From positions 32,001 through 96,000 of the IMG/VR virus record IMGVR_UViG_3300037507_003370: 64,000 nucleotides of DNA; one strand, written 5' to 3'. The DNA is from a virus (Duplodnaviria > Caudoviricetes). Below, piece after piece: positions 59,646 to 64,000 of the stretch (position 1 is the stretch's first letter; each line of letters opens with the position of its first letter). The notes beneath the pieces were generated by a model. That model ran no database searches, was not told the DNA's origin, and saw only the letters and a program-made list of their open reading frames with translations. A program made the translations under genes and the position numbers.

Positions 59646-61715
59646 ATGGCTTCAGTTAAAATATTCTATAAAGGACAAGATTTGGCATATTATGGACCAA
59701 CTCCATTTTTGAATCTTAGTACTCAGGTAGTTAAAGATAGTGCAGAAAGAGATATCTTAGGATTTAAAACAACCATAAGTTTAGAAGGCAAACTATGGGT
59801 TCCTCGTAAAGATCCAGCCAATGCGAATGATAGTAATGCTTTAAGCAGCAACGCTCTTGGAATTGAGAATTTATTGAAGTTAGAAAAACATATGCGAGAG
59901 CTATTTAAAGAACATGGCATATTAAAAATGCAATGCGGTGGAACAGATTTAACTTTTGGATTAGCAGAATCTGTTACGGGAAACGCGATAACTGGCAGTG
60001 GGGTATTTTGTAAAGTAAACTCTTTAAATTTTTCAAGAACAGACGATAATTGGACAAGATCTATTGATTATAACATAGAATTAGAGCATTATACAAAAGC
60101 TGGCGTAAAACATCCGTGCGCAAAACATTTTCCTGTTGTTTCGTATTCTGATGATTGGTCAGTTGAGCCGATAGATGATCCTTCTTATTATCTGATGAAT
60201 ACTCAGAATAATTTGAGACAATTAGGTAATATTTTTACACAAGTTTATCCAGTTGGCAATAATCGTCTAGAAAATTTAATACAATATAGAATCACACACA
60301 GAGTTAGTGCTGTTGGAGCATATGCTCCTACTGGTTTGCCACCACAAGGACAAGCAGAAGGCGCATCAACTCCTTATCATGGAGGATCTCCGTGGTTAAA
60401 CGCCAAACAATTTGTTCATTGTCAAGTAAAAAGAGGCAATGATCAAATCAATCATATATTTTTAAGTGTAGATAATAGTGCAGCTAATTATCCAGCATCT
60501 TTTAAAAATGATGCCAGCAAATACGCCTCTGCACCACAAGCTGACGCAGAACCAAAAGCGTATCTTTACAATCATAGCAGGCTTGTTAATGTTAGTGAAA
60601 CCGCTGGCTCTTATGAAATATCTGATTCATGGCTAGCAATGAGCAAGCCAGCAGGCTATACTGAACAATATAGTGTAGAATTAACACAAGATCTTAATAA
60701 TGTAGTAACAGCTAGAATTAATGGTAGTATTCAAGGTTTGGAATTAAAGAAATTAGATCATAATGAAAGTAGTCCTTTTGGACATCAAGCAAACTTTATA
60801 ACAGCAGCTCAACATTTAGCTGGTACATATCAACCAACCATAGGTAATAAAGATAATGAAATTACATTAAAATCTATGAATGAAACAAATATTTATCTTA
60901 ACAAATACGATAATGCATTATATGCTTGGAGGAATTATGTTGAGCCAATGATGTATGTTAGAAGTCATACTTTTGCTTCTATGTCTCTGGATGGTAGAAA
61001 AACATCTCATGCTAGACCAACTAACTCAAGAAACGCTGGACAAAATGGCGTGGATCCTGTCCCCGGAATTACTCAAGATAATCAACCAATAATAACAACA
61101 ACACAAGTAAATAATGGATGTCCAGTATTTAATAAACATGCTTCTGATATATTATTGGATCCAAAAGCAATGTCAAAAACTATAGGATCTGATCCTTCGA
61201 AAGGAACAATTACTTATTCTTGCGAATTTAATTCTAGAACAGGTGCGAATCAGATCAAGGGCGGTAGAATATTATCAATAAGTGTGCAAGATACTAAAGG
61301 TAGTGATGTTATTTCAGAGGTATTTGTATTAGGAAGAAAAAGAGGACCTGTTTTACAAGATTCTGGATCAAAATCGGCTAAAACTAGACAACTTAGCATG
61401 GAAATACAAACAAATATACCAAAAGGTTTAACAGAATTTGATATGAGATATCCAGATTGCCCAATGTATACTGGTGGTATAGTATATAAAGATGTATTAA
61501 ATTTAGTGGACATGTTTAGACCTGTTATGGCAGCTAACTGGTCACCGGTTAAATTAAGAGAAGCAGCAACCAACTCGGCTGCTAGAGGAATAACTGTTAG
61601 TTTACCAGTTGGAAGCAGCACAGTAGGACAATTATATGTGATACAAGATGACGAAAGTTGGAATCCTTTGGATGGAAAATTTACTAAAAATATAACATGG
61701 AAATACGATGCCTAA
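59646..61715 (+). CDS. Putative distal tail / tail-tip protein (689 aa)
   Basis: YGPTPFL...KTTISLEG N-terminus and beta-rich repeats (YRITHRVSAVG, ITYSCEF, F.KNITW.Y). Precedes the hub-like gene. Confidence 0.5.
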   Translation: MASVKIFYKGQDLAYYGPTPFLNLSTQVVKDSAERDILGFKTTISLEGKLWVPRKDPANANDSNALSSNALGIENLLKLEKHMRELFKEHGILKMQCGGTDLTFGLAESVTGNAITGSGVFCKVNSLNFSRTDDNWTRSIDYNIELEHYTKAGVKHPCAKHFPVVSYSDDWSVEPIDDPSYYLMNTQNNLRQLGNIFTQVYPVGNNRLENLIQYRITHRVSAVGAYAPTGLPPQGQAEGASTPYHGGSPWLNAKQFVHCQVKRGNDQINHIFLSVDNSAANYPASFKNDASKYASAPQADAEPKAYLYNHSRLVNVSETAGSYEISDSWLAMSKPAGYTEQYSVELTQDLNNVVTARINGSIQGLELKKLDHNESSPFGHQANFITAAQHLAGTYQPTIGNKDNEITLKSMNETNIYLNKYDNALYAWRNYVEPMMYVRSHTFASMSLDGRKTSHARPTNSRNAGQNGVDPVPGITQDNQPIITTTQVNNGCPVFNKHASDILLDPKAMSKTIGSDPSKGTITYSCEFNSRTGANQIKGGRILSISVQDTKGSDVISEVFVLGRKRGPVLQDSGSKSAKTRQLSMEIQTNIPKGLTEFDMRYPDCPMYTGGIVYKDVLNLVDMFRPVMAANWSPVKLREAATNSAARGITVSLPVGSSTVGQLYVIQDDESWNPLDGKFTKNITWKYDA

Positions 61716-64000
61716 TCCTGATTGTACGCCAAATAATGTGTCCAAAATATATGGACCAGTTATAGCTCCTACTCCTAGTCAGCAAAATAATACTCCTCCA
61801 CCAACTCCATCAAATCAAAATATGACTAAGAGTCATAAGATGCCAGCTGGAGGATATCCAGCAGCAACACCAACAGTAACCAATACTAATACTGCTGTTC
61901 CTTTAGCTGATATGGGTCAAGTTACCAAGGGAGATGTTGATACTCAGGCAGCATTACCATTTAGAGCGTTTGGTCCGTATCCTCAAACATTATTTCTAGG
62001 ATGTAGTGTTGTTAATTTTAATGTTAATTTAGGATGGGGAGCACAATCCTCACAATTAACAGTAACACTAGCAGAAGATAGAAGTCCTCATTATAGTTTA
62101 TCTTATGAAGCACTATTAGACAGACCTAGTCAGGGAACCACCTACAAAGCTGCTGCTCAAGGTGCATGGTCAGTCGATAATCATTATTATAATGTTATGA
62201 GACCACTCATAGGAGAAAGCGCAACATCTCATAAAAACAGAATATTAAGTTTTTTAGATATAAATGGAAATCCCATCATTCCTGGAAAAATCTTTTATTT
62301 TTTTAATGGAACAGATATAGTACAAAAATATTGGACCGGTCCTGATCCCGGATTCATAGCAGACAGAAACAGATTCAAAATGAATGGTTCGTTCCAAAGA
62401 GGTAAAGATCCTTTTGTAGGAATGCTCCCAACCGATCCTGATGTATTTTTAGGAACACCAGTAGATATAATAGGATGTCCGGTACATTTTCATGTTGATG
62501 ATTTTGTATTTAATGGCATAGTAAAATCATGGAAAATGTCAGGAGATCAAAATAGTAATAGACAATATATTGTTGAGATTGAAGGCCCAAGCACCATAGT
62601 TGAAAATGCTCAATTAATATTAAGTCACTATCATGGTAGTATTTTTAATAAAGCTGGAGGAATGACCAACGACGGTCTGCAACAAGTTAGTGGCCCACAC
62701 AACCATATAATGGATCCTGCAAAAATACCATATAATAGTTTTGTGGGAAAGCTATCAGAAGGAAATATGCCTAATGTTATTAACATTTATGGATTTTTAG
62801 AATCTTTGTCTGTTGGAGGTTTTGGAGGGGCGAATTTAACAGAAAATGGCATACCAACAGTAAATATTATTGCTGCTCTTAACTACTTGCTGGGTCGTCC
62901 TCAAAACTTTGGAGGAGGAACCAGAACAGGACTAGAGAGTGATAATATGTTTAATCCTTATGGATGTTTAATTAGCCGAACTCCTCAGAGCATATACAGT
63001 CGAATCCAGCCAGGATTACCATATGAAATATTTGATTTTACAAAGTGTCCTATGGTTGATGACATGACTTATACTATGCCACAGCTAAGTGCTGCCAGTT
63101 TGGATAGAACATCTGCATGTGCTCCTGATCCTAAGAAAGCAAATCAAGGAACATGTCCTCCTGTGGGAACTTTTAGCGATAATGTTGAAGCTTATGACGA
63201 TGCTGCTAAAAGACTATCTCATGCAGGAGATTTTACCACAGACGGAGCGTTAAGCACCAGAGGTAATTACAAAATATGGGATTTTGGATTAATATCACCT
63301 GATTTTACTTCTGATGGTATAGCAAGACAAGTATATTTTCTTGATCTTTTAGAGCTACCCATTCCTCCGCAACAAATTAGAACACAAGTTAATGGAGATA
63401 GTGTCACATCCATAAATCAACTAGTAGGCAATATTTGTGCGAACGAAGGCTATGAGTATTTTTGGGAATTGCTATATGTTAAAATTGCTGGTAAATTTAG
63501 AAAAGTTATTAAATTAAGAACAGTATCAAGAAGACAACAACCTTCAAATACTGCTGTTAAAGACTATATTAATATCATACACAGAGCTGGTGTTCCAATA
63601 TCTTCTCTAAATTTAGGAGTAGAATATAGCGAAGCTACACCAAGAGCATTAATTATAGGAGACAAACAACGAAGACTATATCAAGTCAAAAATTGCATGG
63701 TGCCATTTAGAACAAATAATTATTTATATAATGTGGCAATTAATTCATTTGTTCATTATGAAGACTATTATAATAAATTCGAAGAAAGAAATAAGTATAG
63801 AGGTCCAGCAAAATGGTCAACAAGAGAATCAGCAGCTATAATACAGGAAAGACAAAAACCTAGTCTGAAGACAACAAGAATAAATGAAATAATAAAAACG
63901 GATTTTAATCAAAATGATGCTGGATATGCTCATGTTGGAGCATTTACTGCGGTAGGAAATTATGAAAAACTTAATATATTAAATATACCATCAACTGGTA
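61708..64000 (+). CDS. Putative baseplate hub / tail-tip protein, 3'-truncated (>760 aa; absent from the ORF track)
   Basis: ATG 61708 overlaps the upstream stop; frame 1 is open to the window end. PQTLFLGCSVVNFNVNLGWGAQSSQLTVTLAED, DIIGCPVHF...F.FNGIVKSW...Y.VEI..P, and later GYEYFWEL...IKLRTVSR. Confidence 0.55.
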   Translation, partial: MPNPDCTPNNVSKIYGPVIAPTPSQQNNTPPPTPSNQNMTKSHKMPAGGYPAATPTVTNTNTAVPLADMGQVTKGDVDTQAALPFRAFGPYPQTLFLGCSVVNFNVNLGWGAQSSQLTVTLAEDRSPHYSLSYEALLDRPSQGTTYKAAAQGAWSVDNHYYNVMRPLIGESATSHKNRILSFLDINGNPIIPGKIFYFFNGTDIVQKYWTGPDPGFIADRNRFKMNGSFQRGKDPFVGMLPTDPDVFLGTPVDIIGCPVHFHVDDFVFNGIVKSWKMSGDQNSNRQYIVEIEGPSTIVENAQLILSHYHGSIFNKAGGMTNDGLQQVSGPHNHIMDPAKIPYNSFVGKLSEGNMPNVINIYGFLESLSVGGFGGANLTENGIPTVNIIAALNYLLGRPQNFGGGTRTGLESDNMFNPYGCLISRTPQSIYSRIQPGLPYEIFDFTKCPMVDDMTYTMPQLSAASLDRTSACAPDPKKANQGTCPPVGTFSDNVEAYDDAAKRLSHAGDFTTDGALSTRGNYKIWDFGLISPDFTSDGIARQVYFLDLLELPIPPQQIRTQVNGDSVTSINQLVGNICANEGYEYFWELLYVKIAGKFRKVIKLRTVSRRQQPSNTAVKDYINIIHRAGVPISSLNLGVEYSEATPRALIIGDKQRRLYQVKNCMVPFRTNNYLYNVAINSFVHYEDYYNKFEERNKYRGPAKWSTRESAAIIQERQKPSLKTTRINEIIKTDFNQNDAGYAHVGAFTAVGNYEKLNILNIPSTG

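Noticed and set aside
1-64000. Stop-codon reassignment (code 4 or 15), as in some large phages
   Set aside because: Very long ORFs are intact under the standard code, and TAA, TAG and TGA all terminate tightly packed genes.

Overview
A 64-kb, AT-rich (roughly one-third G+C by eye), almost fully coding segment of a large tailed-phage genome. Every credible gene is on the + strand and reads in the standard code. It is the tail/virion morphogenesis region. It opens with fibre-type genes (<1-8446) and an RgpF-like glycosyltransferase (8452-9432). Neck/tail-completion genes, a tail-tube-like gene and three chaperone-like genes follow (9488-15459), then a 4,648-aa tape measure protein (15541-29487). 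About 30 kb of giant modular fibre/surface proteins come next (29493-59624: YadA-like repeats, LamG, FN3, RCC1, FGE-sulfatase, CotH-like kinase, Thr/Pro mucin-like linkers), and then distal-tail and hub-like genes (59646->64000). No sheath, integrase, reverse transcriptase, tRNA, rRNA or CRISPR array was recognised. The most striking feature is inside the tape measure protein. An F-A-x-G-G / DTVPAMLTPGEFV motif, related to the lambda gpH C-terminal motif, recurs and brackets a row of enzyme-like domains: staphylococcal-nuclease fold, P-loop kinase plus HIGH nucleotidyltransferase, PD-(D/E)xK nuclease, ADP-ribosyltransferase and GNAT. This suggests a tape measure that doubles as an injected effector polyprotein. 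All domain calls are by-eye motif matches, not database results.
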